DNA of 64,000 nt from Patescibacteria group bacterium (GCA_018971685.1 JAGXAG010000001.1:90396-154395), one strand, 5' to 3'. Counted from the first letter of the stretch, positions 18,792 to 29,400 are shown. The notes: a model not told the origin generated them from the letters alone. Program-made: numbers and translations.

Positions 18792-21698
18792 TTATAGGAA
18801 ATTTGCAATAAACCGTATCAGCTGTGTAAATACGGACATTGTAGCGTTTACTGCAGTGTTTATAAAATCAAGAATTGACTGTCCGGTCGTTGTTACCGAT
18901 GGAGCTTTTGTCGGTATGAGAATGTTCGAATTCAAGCGTCCTATCTCTGCATTGACAAGCGCCAGTGTAGCGTTGTCGAGCGTGCCCGAAGAAGTAATGC
19001 CGGTGGCGGCGTTGTTTTTTTGGAACGCCTTCAAAGCTTTTAGCGTGTTTTCGTCGAATAATCCGGTTTCGTTGCCCAGTGTTCCGGCGCCGGTTTCCGC
19101 AATTGTATATCCCAATTTGTCGAGAACAGTCTGCAATATCCGCACATCGTTGCCGGTATCTCCGAATTTGAGGTTTCTGTTTATCGGAGTCAATATAAAT
19201 TTGATGTTGTTTTGATTATTGATCGGCGGCGGTACATCGTAGTATGGGTTGTTTGTCTTGGTAATATTTGGCACAAGATTGGTTGTCGGGTTTTGCGGCA
19301 CTGTCTGCAGTACCGGAGGATTTTGATCGATAATTGCCGGTGCCGAAACGGCGGCAGTGGTAAAGATTGAGTCGCCTGAAGCCGCGATATTTCCGGAGGC
19401 ATCGGCGGAAATTATTTTGAAATGATATGTGGTGTTGCTGTTTAGGCCGGACAATAATATCTGGTGCGAGGCTGCGAATGCCGATCCCGACCAATAGGTA
19501 TTTCCGTAAACATTGGTTAGTCCGTAATCAATCCTACCGCTTACTGGCGCATCCGTGTTCCAACTTATTGTTGCCGAATAGGGACCGACCGATATCTGTA
19601 TGTTCGATATTGTGATCATTTTTTGCGCGTACGACGATGTGGGCGGGCTTATCGAACCATTGTTTATCGAAGGCGTAGAAACCGTCGCGGCCGGAGAATT
19701 TGAAGGGGAAGGGGAAGGGGAAGGGGAAGCTGTCGGACTCGGAGATGAAGAAGGATAAGGAGGCGGAGAGTTTTGCACGGTTAATACCGGCGGCAAAGGC
19801 AGATCTTGCGGCGTATTTACGGATGGGACAGCCAGCTCATAAGCGCCTATATCGAACCCCGGAGCTCCTCCCGCGTCCGGCCGCTTGTTGCCGATGAAAT
19901 CATCCGGCACTAAACTCAAAGGGGTGCCGTTATCAATAGCCGGACTGCTTGCCGGTACGGAAAATTGGCCGGCATTGGCGTTTGCGAATTGCGGATCGGC
20001 TACGATCGAATGCGCATCGAATCCGCGTTTTTGCCAGTCGGAAAAAGACCAGTTACTGGACCAATCCATTGTTCCGCCGAAGGTAAGCGGTCCCGTTGGT
20101 GAATAAAATATATTGTAATCAGAAGTGTTATTGGTAGAACTGTACGGGGCAGAAACATCCTGGACGATGAATAGCGGCACATGCGAATGGTCAGTTTGGT
20201 AAAATATATTGTTGAGAAAACTGATATTATCTATAGATTGGCGTATCGCTCCGGCATCCAACCCGTGAGCAGTGCCGGCTGAATTGTAAAATACATTGTT
20301 ATACACATCTACATAATGTGACGCCGAGATATAAAGATTGCCGTTCTCAAATATGTTGTTGCGCACGACAATGGGCTGATTCGCGGTACCGGCCGATATC
20401 TCTATCATCAGGTTTATCGGCGCTCCACCGGTTCCGTTGCCGCTAAATGTATTCCGCTCTATCGTATGTCCACCACCCATACTGTCGAACCATATGCCCG
20501 GACAAAGCTTGTTGTTTTCGACAGTATTTTTTTTGATAACCATATTTTCCAGGCCAGGTATCAATTTTATTCCGCCGCAAGCCCATTTTGCAGAAAACAA
20601 CCTATAGTTATTTGCGTTGATCGTGTTGTTATCGTAGATCGTGCCGTTTCCTTCGAGTCCAGAACCCTCGTTGCCGTTATTCGACAATATGGAATTTTTT
20701 ACCGTACAGTTGTCACACATACCGCCCAAACCCGCAAAACCGTTGTATTCCGAATCCAAAGTATCCACCACATTGTTACTGCCGCCAATTACCAGTCCGT
20801 CGTAATTGGAATACCTTACGGATATATCGGATATGTCGACATCATGTTGCGATCCGAGCATTATCCATCGATTTATCCCGACTTCAATCGGTTTGCCATT
20901 TGGGTCAGAACTATCCGGCAGCCAGACGAATAAGCGGCCGTATTGCGAGTTTGACGGGTCACTTTCATAGTAGAAATCTCCGGCGATCATATCATTTTCA
21001 CTGGTTCTAACCGAAACCATGCAAGGTCCTCCGCATTGCGCATCTTGCAAGTGATAGCCGTTCTTTTCCGAGTTAACTTCCTGCAACAGCACGGGCTGGC
21101 CGTAATCAATCGCGACTACCTGGGGCGTAAATTTCAGAAGCTGGTTTCCTGACTGCCAATTGTCGTAAGCGTACTGGTACGGATAATTATTTTGTACGAA
21201 TTTCTGCCAGTCTGTGTACCATATGTTTCCGTCAGACCTGCCGGTGTATTTTTGCCATCCGGAATCCATGCGCGCTGACATATACAGGTACGCCTGTTCG
21301 CCGGGGTACCCTGAAATGCGCGTCGGTTGTCCCGGCGTGCCGCTGATCTGGTCTGTCGCAAGGCTGTTTCCTCCGCTGGTCAAGGCGGCTTCGTCAAATC
21401 GGTATATGCCGCCTCTCAGGTATAGCGTATCGCCACCGTGCAGATATGCCGATTGCGTTGTGTCGAATGCCCTGCCGAAAGTTTTCCACGGCTTGTCTAT
21501 CGTACCGGGGTTGGCGTCGTCTCCTGACGGAGAAACATAGTATGTAGCTGATACTGACGACCCTCCAACTTGCGCCGTTTGCACTTTTGTAATTACTGGC
21601 ACATACGCATGCGACCAATAAAAAACACAACTGATTGAAATCAAAACAGCCAAAGCAACGAGAGCGGATGCATTATAAGATCGTTGGTATCTGTCCAT
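18792..21698 (-). CDS. Large cell-surface protein with right-handed beta-helix repeats, P/S/T-rich linker, FN3-like domain and C-terminal peptidoglycan-binding domain
   Basis: N-terminal signal-anchor; NNxFxN beta-helix repeats (NNIFENGNLYISAS, NNVFYNSAGTAHG); PSPSPSP linker; PG_binding_1-like DVRILQTVLDKLGY...LKAFQ. Confidence 0.7.
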   Translation of the reverse strand: MDRYQRSYNASALVALAVLISISCVFYWSHAYVPVITKVQTAQVGGSSVSATYYVSPSGDDANPGTIDKPWKTFGRAFDTTQSAYLHGGDTLYLRGGIYRFDEAALTSGGNSLATDQISGTPGQPTRISGYPGEQAYLYMSARMDSGWQKYTGRSDGNIWYTDWQKFVQNNYPYQYAYDNWQSGNQLLKFTPQVVAIDYGQPVLLQEVNSEKNGYHLQDAQCGGPCMVSVRTSENDMIAGDFYYESDPSNSQYGRLFVWLPDSSDPNGKPIEVGINRWIMLGSQHDVDISDISVRYSNYDGLVIGGSNNVVDTLDSEYNGFAGLGGMCDNCTVKNSILSNNGNEGSGLEGNGTIYDNNTINANNYRLFSAKWACGGIKLIPGLENMVIKKNTVENNKLCPGIWFDSMGGGHTIERNTFSGNGTGGAPINLMIEISAGTANQPIVVRNNIFENGNLYISASHYVDVYNNVFYNSAGTAHGLDAGAIRQSIDNISFLNNIFYQTDHSHVPLFIVQDVSAPYSSTNNTSDYNIFYSPTGPLTFGGTMDWSSNWSFSDWQKRGFDAHSIVADPQFANANAGQFSVPASSPAIDNGTPLSLVPDDFIGNKRPDAGGAPGFDIGAYELAVPSVNTPQDLPLPPVLTVQNSPPPYPSSSPSPTASPSPSPSPSNSPAATVSTPSINNGSISPPTSSYAQKMITISNIQISVGPYSATISWNTDAPVSGRIDYGLTNVYGNTYWSGSAFAASHQILLSGLNSNTTYHFKIISADASGNIAASGDSIFTTAAVSAPAIIDQNPPVLQTVPQNPTTNLVPNITKTNNPYYDVPPPINNQNNIKFILTPINRNLKFGDTGNDVRILQTVLDKLGYTIAETGAGTLGNETGLFDENTLKALKAFQKNNAATGITSSGTLDNATLALVNAEIGRLNSNILIPTKAPSVTTTGQSILDFINTAVNATMSVFTQLIRFIANFL
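19703..19730. repeat. Tandem hexanucleotide (GAAGGG)n inside the surface-protein linker
   Basis: gaaggggaaggggaaggggaaggggaag encodes the PSPSPS linker; frame-preserving. Confidence 0.8.
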
Positions 21699-21744
21699 GA
21701 TCAAGATGTTCCCTCGAGCAAAGTTTACCACAGTTTCTCTGTCT

Positions 21745-23160
21745 TTACCGCCAGTTTGAGAACCACATTCTTTGATTTAGCGCCAGATCGGAAAGCGGCG
21801 TGCCATATGTGAGGGGGCTGAAATATAAGAACGCGGCAAACGCCGATGAGATTATCACGACAATCGCAACCTTTTTAATCTTTGGCCCGAACGAATCAAG
21901 GAAAAAAGCTATTGCAAACACGCTGAATGCGAGCGCGGCTTCATAGTGATACAGAAACATGACGCGTCCTATAAGGACAAACGGCAAAAAATTTGCCAAG
22001 AATCCGACGACTATAAAGGATAGGCGTCGCCAGTCATCATCCGAAAAAGCCGAAGACCGGCGGCTTGCAGTCATCCACAGCCAATAAAGGATTAATCCCA
22101 GTGTAACGGCGCCGCCGGACCAATAAATGACCGGGTTGCCCAGATAATATATGTAAGAGTGTGGAGTTGACGGATCGCCGGAATTATTACCTTCCCAATA
22201 ATATATTGGCCGCGCCATGGTCGGCCAGGTATACCATTTGCTGGAATATGGATGAGTCGCGTTCATTGTTGCGTTGGCCTCGTACATTTCCTTGTTCAAT
22301 TCCAGGAATTTGCCGAATAAACCGAGCGGCTTTATGTTCGAATCGCCCGCATATTGATTGCCGGCCAATGTCTTTTGGAAAGAGGGGGTCATGAAAGCGT
22401 CACCTTGCCCGGAATGGGGCAGGAGGGCGAAATGGATTGCGAAACCGGCGGCATATATCGCCAAGCCAACCGAAAGATATAACGCCGCCTTCAAAAAAGC
22501 TCCTTTCAAAGCGCGCCGGATCCCGACTATCGTCGTTGCGGCCGTCCATAATTCCGTAAGCAGTATCAGTCCCAGGAATGAAAGGCCGGTCCATTTCATG
22601 TTGAATGCCAAAGCCGCCGTGATCGCCGACGCGACCAGATAAGCGATTTTCAAGCGGCCGCGGCTTTGACGATGCGAAAGGTAGAGCCAAAGAGATGAAA
22701 AGCCGAAAAGTAGCAGCATGCTGTCGAGTGAAATCATTCGCGATTGGACCAGAAGCGAATTTTCAAAGACGATCAAAAGTCCGGCCAGGAATGAAACGCC
22801 GCGCGAAAACTTCAGGCGAAGCGTGAGTAAAAATACGACCAAAGGCAATAAAGTTCCGGCGAGCGTCGGCAGGAACCGGTACCAGAGATATAATTTGTTC
22901 GAATAAGCGTCGCCGATTTTGGAATAGTCGGTTCCGTCGGAACTTATGCCCGACAAATGCCCGAAGCCGCTTATGATGAGTTTGCCCAAAGGCGGATGCT
23001 GGTCGAAATAATAATCGCCGGTAATGTAATCCGAGGCAAATCTGCCGAAATAGACTTCGTCGAAAACGGTCTGCGCCGGATAGCCGAAATAGGCGAAATG
23101 GGTAAGCGCGCTTAAAGCAAACAAAATCAGCAAACAATTTTTTGATTTATGATGAAATTT
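21745..23160 (-). CDS. Glycosyltransferase family 39 (PMT/ArnT-like protein O-mannosyltransferase-type) membrane protein
   Basis: DEVYFGRFA...HPPLGK GT39 loop-1 motif; polytopic membrane protein. Confidence 0.75.
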   Translation of the reverse strand, partial: KFHHKSKNCLLILFALSALTHFAYFGYPAQTVFDEVYFGRFASDYITGDYYFDQHPPLGKLIISGFGHLSGISSDGTDYSKIGDAYSNKLYLWYRFLPTLAGTLLPLVVFLLTLRLKFSRGVSFLAGLLIVFENSLLVQSRMISLDSMLLLFGFSSLWLYLSHRQSRGRLKIAYLVASAITAALAFNMKWTGLSFLGLILLTELWTAATTIVGIRRALKGAFLKAALYLSVGLAIYAAGFAIHFALLPHSGQGDAFMTPSFQKTLAGNQYAGDSNIKPLGLFGKFLELNKEMYEANATMNATHPYSSKWYTWPTMARPIYYWEGNNSGDPSTPHSYIYYLGNPVIYWSGGAVTLGLILYWLWMTASRRSSAFSDDDWRRLSFIVVGFLANFLPFVLIGRVMFLYHYEAALAFSVFAIAFFLDSFGPKIKKVAIVVIISSAFAAFLYFSPLTYGTPLSDLALNQRMWFSNWR

Positions 23161-23221
23161 CATGAGATAAGAGTATTTTCCCATGTTACGACCATAAATC
23201 AATTGTTGTTATAATTACTGT

Positions 23222-23956
23222 ATGCGCATATCGATAGTAATTCCAGTATTTAACGAACGGCATCGCATAGGCGTCACATTGCAAAAAATAGCCAGTTATT
23301 TTTCTTCCAGGCCGGATTTTAATCACGAAATAATTGTAGTTAATGACGGCTCTTGCGACGATACGGCGTCGATTGTCGATGGAATTTCTAAGACGGTGGC
23401 TAATATTTCGTTGATAAATCTGGGTAAAAACATGGGCAAAGGCGCCGCGGTAAAAGCCGGTATGCTTGCGGCAAAAGGTGAATACAAGTTTTTTATGGAT
23501 GCCGACGGCTCTACAGCCATAGAAGAAATTGAAAAATTATTGCCGTTTGTTTTTCAAGGTTTCCGAATAGTTATCGGTTCGCGCGGTGTGGCCGGGGCGA
23601 CGATAAAGAAAAACCAACCATGCGTGCGGTTGGTTCTCGGCAGAATTTTTCGCGCGATCGTCAATGCGATCTTGCCGGTTGGAGTAGTCGATTCACAGAA
23701 CGGTTTTAAGCTTTTTGCCGCCGAGACGGCAAACATTCTTTTCCGGAAGTTAAATACTACGGGATGGGCTTTTGATGTGGAGATATTGGCTTTGGCGCGC
23801 ATATCCGGATTCAGAGTAAAAGAAGTGCCCGTGATATGGACAAACGACGACGATAGTAAAGTTACGCTAAAAGGCATGGTAAACATGTTAGTTGAGCTGT
23901 TTCTTATCAGACGCAGTGTTGTAAAGATCAAATCCGCCAACAATAAGAGCCATTGA
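23222..23956 (+). CDS. GT2 polyprenol-phosphate glycosyltransferase (Dpm1/GtrB-like)
   Basis: SIVIPVFNE...EIIVVNDGSCDDT...DADGS motifs of dolichyl-phosphate mannosyl/glucosyltransferases. Confidence 0.85.
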   Translation: MRISIVIPVFNERHRIGVTLQKIASYFSSRPDFNHEIIVVNDGSCDDTASIVDGISKTVANISLINLGKNMGKGAAVKAGMLAAKGEYKFFMDADGSTAIEEIEKLLPFVFQGFRIVIGSRGVAGATIKKNQPCVRLVLGRIFRAIVNAILPVGVVDSQNGFKLFAAETANILFRKLNTTGWAFDVEILALARISGFRVKEVPVIWTNDDDSKVTLKGMVNMLVELFLIRRSVVKIKSANNKSH

Positions 23957-24107
23957 CAGCGGTTTCATCCGTGCTAACATGGTGTCATAGCGCAAACTCT
24001 GCGTTTTATTTGTCAATTATCAGGTCAGTTAATTAATAACAAATATTAAAAATAAAATATGAAAACTTTTTTATCTTTTGTATTTTATTTTTCATATAAA
24101 CAATAAC

Positions 24108-25295
24108 ATGGCAGCAGAATTCAATCGTTCGAAGCCCCATGTCAATGTCGGCACAATCGGCCACATTGACCACGGCAAGTCCACTTTGACCGCCGCCATC
24201 TTGGCGGTGCAGGCCAAGAAGGGCATGGCCAAAGAAAAGGCCTATGCCGATATTACCAAAGGCGGCACTGTCCGTGATGCCACCAAGACCGTCACGATCT
24301 CGCTTTCGCATGTCGAATACGAAACGCCCAACCGCCACTATGCGCACATCGACGCGCCCGGACACGCTGACTACATCAAAAACATGATCACCGGCGCCGC
24401 CCAAATGGACGGAGCCATACTGGTCGTGTCCGCGACCGACGGCGTCATGCCTCAGACGCGCGAGCACATACTGCTCGCCCGCCAAGTAGGCGTGCCGAAA
24501 GTGCTTGTTTTCCTCAACAAATGCGATATGGTCCCGGAGAAGGACCTTATCGATCTGGTCGAAGAAGAAGTTCGCGAGCTCTTGACGAAATATCAATTCG
24601 ACGGCAAAAACGCACCGGTTATCCGCGGTTCGGCCCTGAAAGCCCTCGAAGGCGACGCGGCTTGGACGGTGAAGATCGACGAGCTTATGAACGCCCTCGA
24701 CACTTTCATCCCGGAACCTGTCCGCGAAGTCGATAAGCCGTTCCTGATGCCGATCGAAGACATTTTCTCGATCGAAGGGCGCGGCACGGTCGTAACCGGC
24801 CGTATCGAGCGCGGCAAAGTCACAGTCGGCGATGAAATTGAGATTGTCGGATTCAAAGACACCAGCAAGACGACCGTTACCGGCATTGAAATGTTCAACA
24901 AGTCGCTTAAAGAAGGCATTGCGGGCGATAATGCCGGCGTACTCCTGCGCGGCACCGCCAAAGACGATGTCTCGCGCGGCCAAGTTTTGGCCAAGCCGGG
25001 ATCCGTCAAGCCGCACACCGAATTTGAAGCGGAAGTTTATATCCTGAAAAAGGAAGAGGGCGGCCGTCATACGCCGTTCTTCACCGGCTATAAGCCGCAA
25101 TTCTATATCCGCACCACCGATGTTACCGGCGAAGTAACTCTGCCTGAGAAGGTTGAAATGGTCATGCCGGGCGACACGGTCTCATTCAAGGTCAAACTGG
25201 TCGCGCCGGTCGCCTTGGAAAATCAGATGCGTTTTGCCATCCGCGAAGGAGGCAAGACCGTGGGCTCGGGTGTCGTCACCAAGGTTGTCGCGTAA
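24108..25295 (+). CDS. tuf: Elongation factor Tu
   Basis: [49 protein letters not shown]; 395 aa. Confidence 0.97.
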   Translation: MAAEFNRSKPHVNVGTIGHIDHGKSTLTAAILAVQAKKGMAKEKAYADITKGGTVRDATKTVTISLSHVEYETPNRHYAHIDAPGHADYIKNMITGAAQMDGAILVVSATDGVMPQTREHILLARQVGVPKVLVFLNKCDMVPEKDLIDLVEEEVRELLTKYQFDGKNAPVIRGSALKALEGDAAWTVKIDELMNALDTFIPEPVREVDKPFLMPIEDIFSIEGRGTVVTGRIERGKVTVGDEIEIVGFKDTSKTTVTGIEMFNKSLKEGIAGDNAGVLLRGTAKDDVSRGQVLAKPGSVKPHTEFEAEVYILKKEEGGRHTPFFTGYKPQFYIRTTDVTGEVTLPEKVEMVMPGDTVSFKVKLVAPVALENQMRFAIREGGKTVGSGVVTKVVA

Positions 25296-25393
25296 ATTTT
25301 CATCCAAAAGGCTTCCGTCGTTCACGCGCTCGATGCTACTCGTCGGGCGGTGTAACGGCGGGAGTTTTTGGAATCGAAAAACCATATTTAACC

Positions 25394-25921
25394 ATGAATG
25401 AACCAGGCAAAAATTCAACACGCAGAGAAAGTCCTCGAACAAGGACTAGGTTTTCCGCTTTCTCATTCAGTCTCTTAGCTGGCGACAGGTATTCAAGAGT
25501 CGTTGCCGAAGTGGATCGCATCAAATACGGATCGATTAAGGATGAAGTTACAGACGGAGCAGTTTTGTCTAAAGTTTTACTTGATAAAGGCTCCAAACCA
25601 ATTCCTGTGGTGTTCAACAGGTACAATTTTAAAAAGATTCTCTGGCACCACGGTTATTTCAGGTCAATCAATATTGTCGTCACGGCCAATGAATTTGAAG
25701 AAGGCGTTTACATTAAAGGCGTTGACGGCAGGCCAGACAAAATTAATCTTATTAAGAATACTGACGGCGGCTGCTATATTATTGGAGCGAATCGGTTCAA
25801 TGGTTACGGAGTAGTCACTTTTTTCGAACAGTGTGAACCGAGCCAGAAACAGCAATACCTCGCCAGTATGCGCAAGCGAGGTACACCTTTACAGGTCCTG
25901 GAGGGCGGCGGGTCCTCATAA
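25394..25921 (+). CDS. Hypothetical protein between tuf and rpsJ
   Basis: ORF only; no recognisable motif; low-complexity Arg/Ser-rich N-terminus. Confidence 0.3.
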   Translation: MNEPGKNSTRRESPRTRTRFSAFSFSLLAGDRYSRVVAEVDRIKYGSIKDEVTDGAVLSKVLLDKGSKPIPVVFNRYNFKKILWHHGYFRSINIVVTANEFEEGVYIKGVDGRPDKINLIKNTDGGCYIIGANRFNGYGVVTFFEQCEPSQKQQYLASMRKRGTPLQVLEGGGSS

Positions 25922-26011
25922 CATCTAATCCCTCTGATATCGGAGGAAATCGTGTGCCAGCGAGCCTTCCTGGCGTCAGGGCTGATGATTAAAGTGTATT
26001 CCCGGAACGGG

Positions 26012-26042
26012 CAGTTGTCAAGCGAATCGGGATCTGCTAGTA
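26012..26042 (+). promoter_or_regulatory. Putative sigma70-like promoter of the S10 operon
   Basis: TTGTCA, 17 nt, TAGTAT about 30 nt upstream of rpsJ. Confidence 0.35.
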
Positions 26043-26072
26043 TCTATTATGTTTTCATAAATATCAAAAATC

Positions 26073-26444
26073 ATGCCGACAACAAAACCGACAGTTAAGC
26101 GCGCGCCGAGAGCAAAGAAGGTCAAGGAACCGGGCGAGGTGCCGCATCTGAGGATCCGGGTAAGGGCGTACGAGCACAAAATCCTTGACGCGTCTTTGAA
26201 GCAGATTATGGACACCGCCGCGCGTTATGATGCTGAAGTGCACGGTCCGGTGCCGTTGCCGACGGAAATAAAGAAATACACCGTCAACCGCTCGTCATTC
26301 ATAGACAAAAACGCCCGCGAACAATTCGAAATGAGGGTTCATAAGAGGCTGATCGATATTATCAGCCCCGGACCGAAGGTAATCGAAGCTTTGCAAAATC
26401 TGAATTTGCCGTCCGGAGTCAATATCGATGTAAAAATGATATAA
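26073..26444 (+). CDS. rpsJ: 30S ribosomal protein S10 (with N-terminal basic extension)
   Basis: LRIRVRAYEHKILD...IKKYTVNRSSFIDK. Confidence 0.9.
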   Translation: MPTTKPTVKRAPRAKKVKEPGEVPHLRIRVRAYEHKILDASLKQIMDTAARYDAEVHGPVPLPTEIKKYTVNRSSFIDKNAREQFEMRVHKRLIDIISPGPKVIEALQNLNLPSGVNIDVKMI

Positions 26445-26475
26445 TTTCCGACGAAAGATGCGATCAAAAACAGCC

Positions 26476-27105
26476 ATGAAATTTATCCTTGGAAGAAAAT
26501 TGAATATGTCGCAAATCTACGATGAGAAAGGTGCGGCCACTCCCGTGACTTTGATCGCGGCGAAGGATAATGTCGTCACTCAATTGAGAACCAAAGAAAA
26601 AGACGGCTATGAAGCGGTGCAAGTCGGCGAAGGTTCCAGGAATGCCAGAAAGATAAACAAAGCGCAGAAAGGCCATTTTGGCGAAATGGGAAATTTCACG
26701 GCGCTGGCCGAATTCCGGACTGATGCATCCGCCAAGGGAAAGTCAGATAAATCGCCGCTCAATGTCGGCGACAAAGTGGCGGTTTCCCAATTCAAAGCCG
26801 GCGATGAAGTTATGATTAGCGCGATCTCAAAAGGCAAAGGTTTCCAGGGTGTTGTCAAACGCCATGGTTTCGGCGGCGGTCCGCGTTCTCACGGCCAGAA
26901 GCATAGCGAGCGAGAACCGGGCTCGATTGGCGGCGGCTTGCGCACCAGGGTGCCGGTCGGCACCAGGATGGCCGGCAGGATGGGAGGAGATCGCGTGACT
27001 GTCAAAAATTTGAAAATCGCGCACATTGATGCCGAAGAGGGCATTGTCTATATAACGGGCGCGATTCCCGGCAAGCGCGGTACTTTGGTTGAGATAGTCG
27101 GATGA
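26476..27105 (+). CDS. rplC: 50S ribosomal protein L3
   Basis: GKGFQGVVKRHGFGGGPRSHG. Confidence 0.9.
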   Translation: MKFILGRKLNMSQIYDEKGAATPVTLIAAKDNVVTQLRTKEKDGYEAVQVGEGSRNARKINKAQKGHFGEMGNFTALAEFRTDASAKGKSDKSPLNVGDKVAVSQFKAGDEVMISAISKGKGFQGVVKRHGFGGGPRSHGQKHSEREPGSIGGGLRTRVPVGTRMAGRMGGDRVTVKNLKIAHIDAEEGIVYITGAIPGKRGTLVEIVG

Positions 27106-27196
27106 TTACCGAGGCTAGGTATCGGTAACGGCCGCTTGACCGCGAAATAAGCCTCTGTTAGTATGTCCACACTGCTCACGGGAGCGTTTTTCTTTC

Positions 27197-27856
27197 ATGG
27201 AAGCAAAAGTATACAATCAACAGGGCAAAGAAACGGGGAAAGTTACAATCCCAAAAGGCGTTTTTGATTTGCCATGGAATGCCGACCTGGTGCACGAAGT
27301 CGTGCGTTTGATGAATTCAAATTCACGGACCAACATAGCGCATACAAAAACCAGAGGCGAAGTCCGCGGCGGCGGCAAAAAACCGTGGCAACAGAAAGGT
27401 ACCGGCCGTGCCAGGCATGGTTCGACCAGGTCGCCCATCTGGGTCGGCGGCGGCGTGCATGGCCCGAGAAATGAGAAGAATTTCGAACGCAAAATCAATA
27501 AGAAAGCTCGCGCCAAAGCGCTGCTCACCGTCCTTTCCAGAAAGTGGAACGAAGGCGAGATCATTTTCGTCGATGCCGTGAATATGTCCGAGCCGAAGGC
27601 AAAAGAAGCCAAGAACATATTGACGGGATTGTCGAAAATCAAAGGATGCGAAAAGTTGGCGACTAAGCCGAAGAACGCCGCTATCATTGCCTTGAATGGA
27701 AAATTCGCGGCGGCCGAAAAAAGCTTCAGGAATTTCGGCAATGTGTCGGTCGAGGAATTCAGGAATTTAAACCCGGTGTCGGTGTTGAACCACAAGTATT
27801 TGATCATCAGCCAGCCGGAGCCGTCATTAAAAACACTTTCGGAGAAAATTAATTAG
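27197..27856 (+). CDS. rplD: 50S ribosomal protein L4
   Basis: TKTRGEVRGGGKKPWQQKGTGRARHGS. Confidence 0.9.
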   Translation: MEAKVYNQQGKETGKVTIPKGVFDLPWNADLVHEVVRLMNSNSRTNIAHTKTRGEVRGGGKKPWQQKGTGRARHGSTRSPIWVGGGVHGPRNEKNFERKINKKARAKALLTVLSRKWNEGEIIFVDAVNMSEPKAKEAKNILTGLSKIKGCEKLATKPKNAAIIALNGKFAAAEKSFRNFGNVSVEEFRNLNPVSVLNHKYLIISQPEPSLKTLSEKIN

Positions 27857-27868
27857 AAACAAACCGCC

Positions 27869-28345
27869 ATGCCGCTTTTCGGATTTAGAACCCATAAGAA
27901 GTACGACAAAGATTTTTCGCAAGAGAAGCAGGTTAAAGCCGCGCCCGATAAGATCGAGAAGAAGACAAAACCGCGCAAAGAAACAATCAAAGCCGAAAAA
28001 TTGCCTGCGCCGAAAGTCGCTGTGGCCAAAACCAAGATTTCGGCGGCAGCGATCGTTCCGGGGGCTCATTCAAGTTCGGCCGAGGCAATAATCCGCCCGC
28101 GTATAACGGAAAAATCCGGCCTGTTGAGCCAAAACGGCGCTTATACATTCCAGGTGACAGAAAGCGCCAATAAGCAGACAATCACCAAAGCGATCGTCGA
28201 TCTGTACAAAATCAGGCCCGTCAAAGTTGCGGTTATGAACATTCCGGCAAAATCGGTTTTCGTCCGGGGCAAGATCGGCCGCGTGCCGGGAATGAAGAAA
28301 GCGGTCGTGACTTTGAAAAAAGGCGACAAAATCGACTTTGTTTAA
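27869..28345 (+). CDS. rplW: 50S ribosomal protein L23 (Lys-rich N-terminal extension)
   Basis: IIRPRITEKS...YTFQV...ANK.QIK.A...Y. Confidence 0.85.
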   Translation: MPLFGFRTHKKYDKDFSQEKQVKAAPDKIEKKTKPRKETIKAEKLPAPKVAVAKTKISAAAIVPGAHSSSAEAIIRPRITEKSGLLSQNGAYTFQVTESANKQTITKAIVDLYKIRPVKVAVMNIPAKSVFVRGKIGRVPGMKKAVVTLKKGDKIDFV

Positions 28346-28402
28346 TTATAATCAAGCTTTAAAAGTCCAGATCCCCGCTTTTGCGGGGATGACAAGAAAA
28401 TC

Positions 28403-29257
28403 ATGAAATCATACCGCCCCACAACTCCATCGCGCAGACATATGACGGTTTTGCCATTCAAGCAGTATTTGACGGCTTCGGAACCGCATAAGCCGCTGAC
28501 CAGAGGTTTCAAAAGGGACATGGGCCGCAACAGCCACGGCCGTATCACCGTGCGCCACAAGGGCGGCGGACACAAGAAACTGTATCGCATCGTCGATTTC
28601 CTTTATGACAAGAAGAATATTCCGGCCAAAGTCATGACCGTGGAATATGATCCGTTTCGGACCGGTTATATCGGCCTGGTTGCTTATAAGGACGGCGAAA
28701 AGCGTTATACGCTTTTGCCCAAGACGATGAAAACCGGCGATTCGTTCATGGTATCGGAAAATGCGGCCATAGAGACGGGCAATAGGTTGCCGCTAAAAAG
28801 TATTCCGGTGGGTACCTTCATCTTTAATATCGAAGTCAGGCCCGGTGGCGGCGCGAAACTGGTCCGTTCGGCCGGTTCATTCGCCCAAGTGATCGCCAAT
28901 GACGCCGGTTATACTCATATCAAGATGCCTTCTACGGAAGTTCGCAAAATTCATGAAAACGCTTGGGCGTCGGTAGGCGCCGTATCGAACGAAGAAAATC
29001 ATTTGGTGCATATTGGCAAAGCCGGCCGCACCCGCTGGCTGGGTATCCGCCCGACGGTGCGTGGCTCGGTTATGAACCCGGTTGATCATCCTTACGGCGG
29101 CGGCGAACAGAGGACGGGACGCGGTCTGCGCCGGTTAAAGACGATGTGGGGCAAACCGGCCGGCAAAGGCCAGAAGACGCGCACGCCGAAGAAATATTCC
29201 AATGTTTTTATCGTTTCGCGCCGCCAAGTCGGCAAGAAGAAGTCCGCGGCCGAATAA
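28403..29257 (+). CDS. rplB: 50S ribosomal protein L2
   Basis: MKSYRPTTPSRRHM...GGGHKKLYRI...HPYGGGEQRT. Confidence 0.95.
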   Translation: MKSYRPTTPSRRHMTVLPFKQYLTASEPHKPLTRGFKRDMGRNSHGRITVRHKGGGHKKLYRIVDFLYDKKNIPAKVMTVEYDPFRTGYIGLVAYKDGEKRYTLLPKTMKTGDSFMVSENAAIETGNRLPLKSIPVGTFIFNIEVRPGGGAKLVRSAGSFAQVIANDAGYTHIKMPSTEVRKIHENAWASVGAVSNEENHLVHIGKAGRTRWLGIRPTVRGSVMNPVDHPYGGGEQRTGRGLRRLKTMWGKPAGKGQKTRTPKKYSNVFIVSRRQVGKKKSAAE

Positions 29258-29392
29258 TTTTATCTCACCTCGCTATTTTCCCTGAATGTTTGGCCTTTTC
29301 GTCAAAGCAACCAAGAAAGTCATTGAGACGATAACTCTGTATATTGTCGGGTATTATTGACGGCTGTAGATAACGGCATTTGCTTTTCAGGT

Positions 29393-29400
29393 GGGGGGGG
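29393..29400. repeat. G8 homopolymer about 75 bp upstream of the surface-protein gene
   Basis: gtgggggggg in the intergenic region. Confidence 0.9.
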
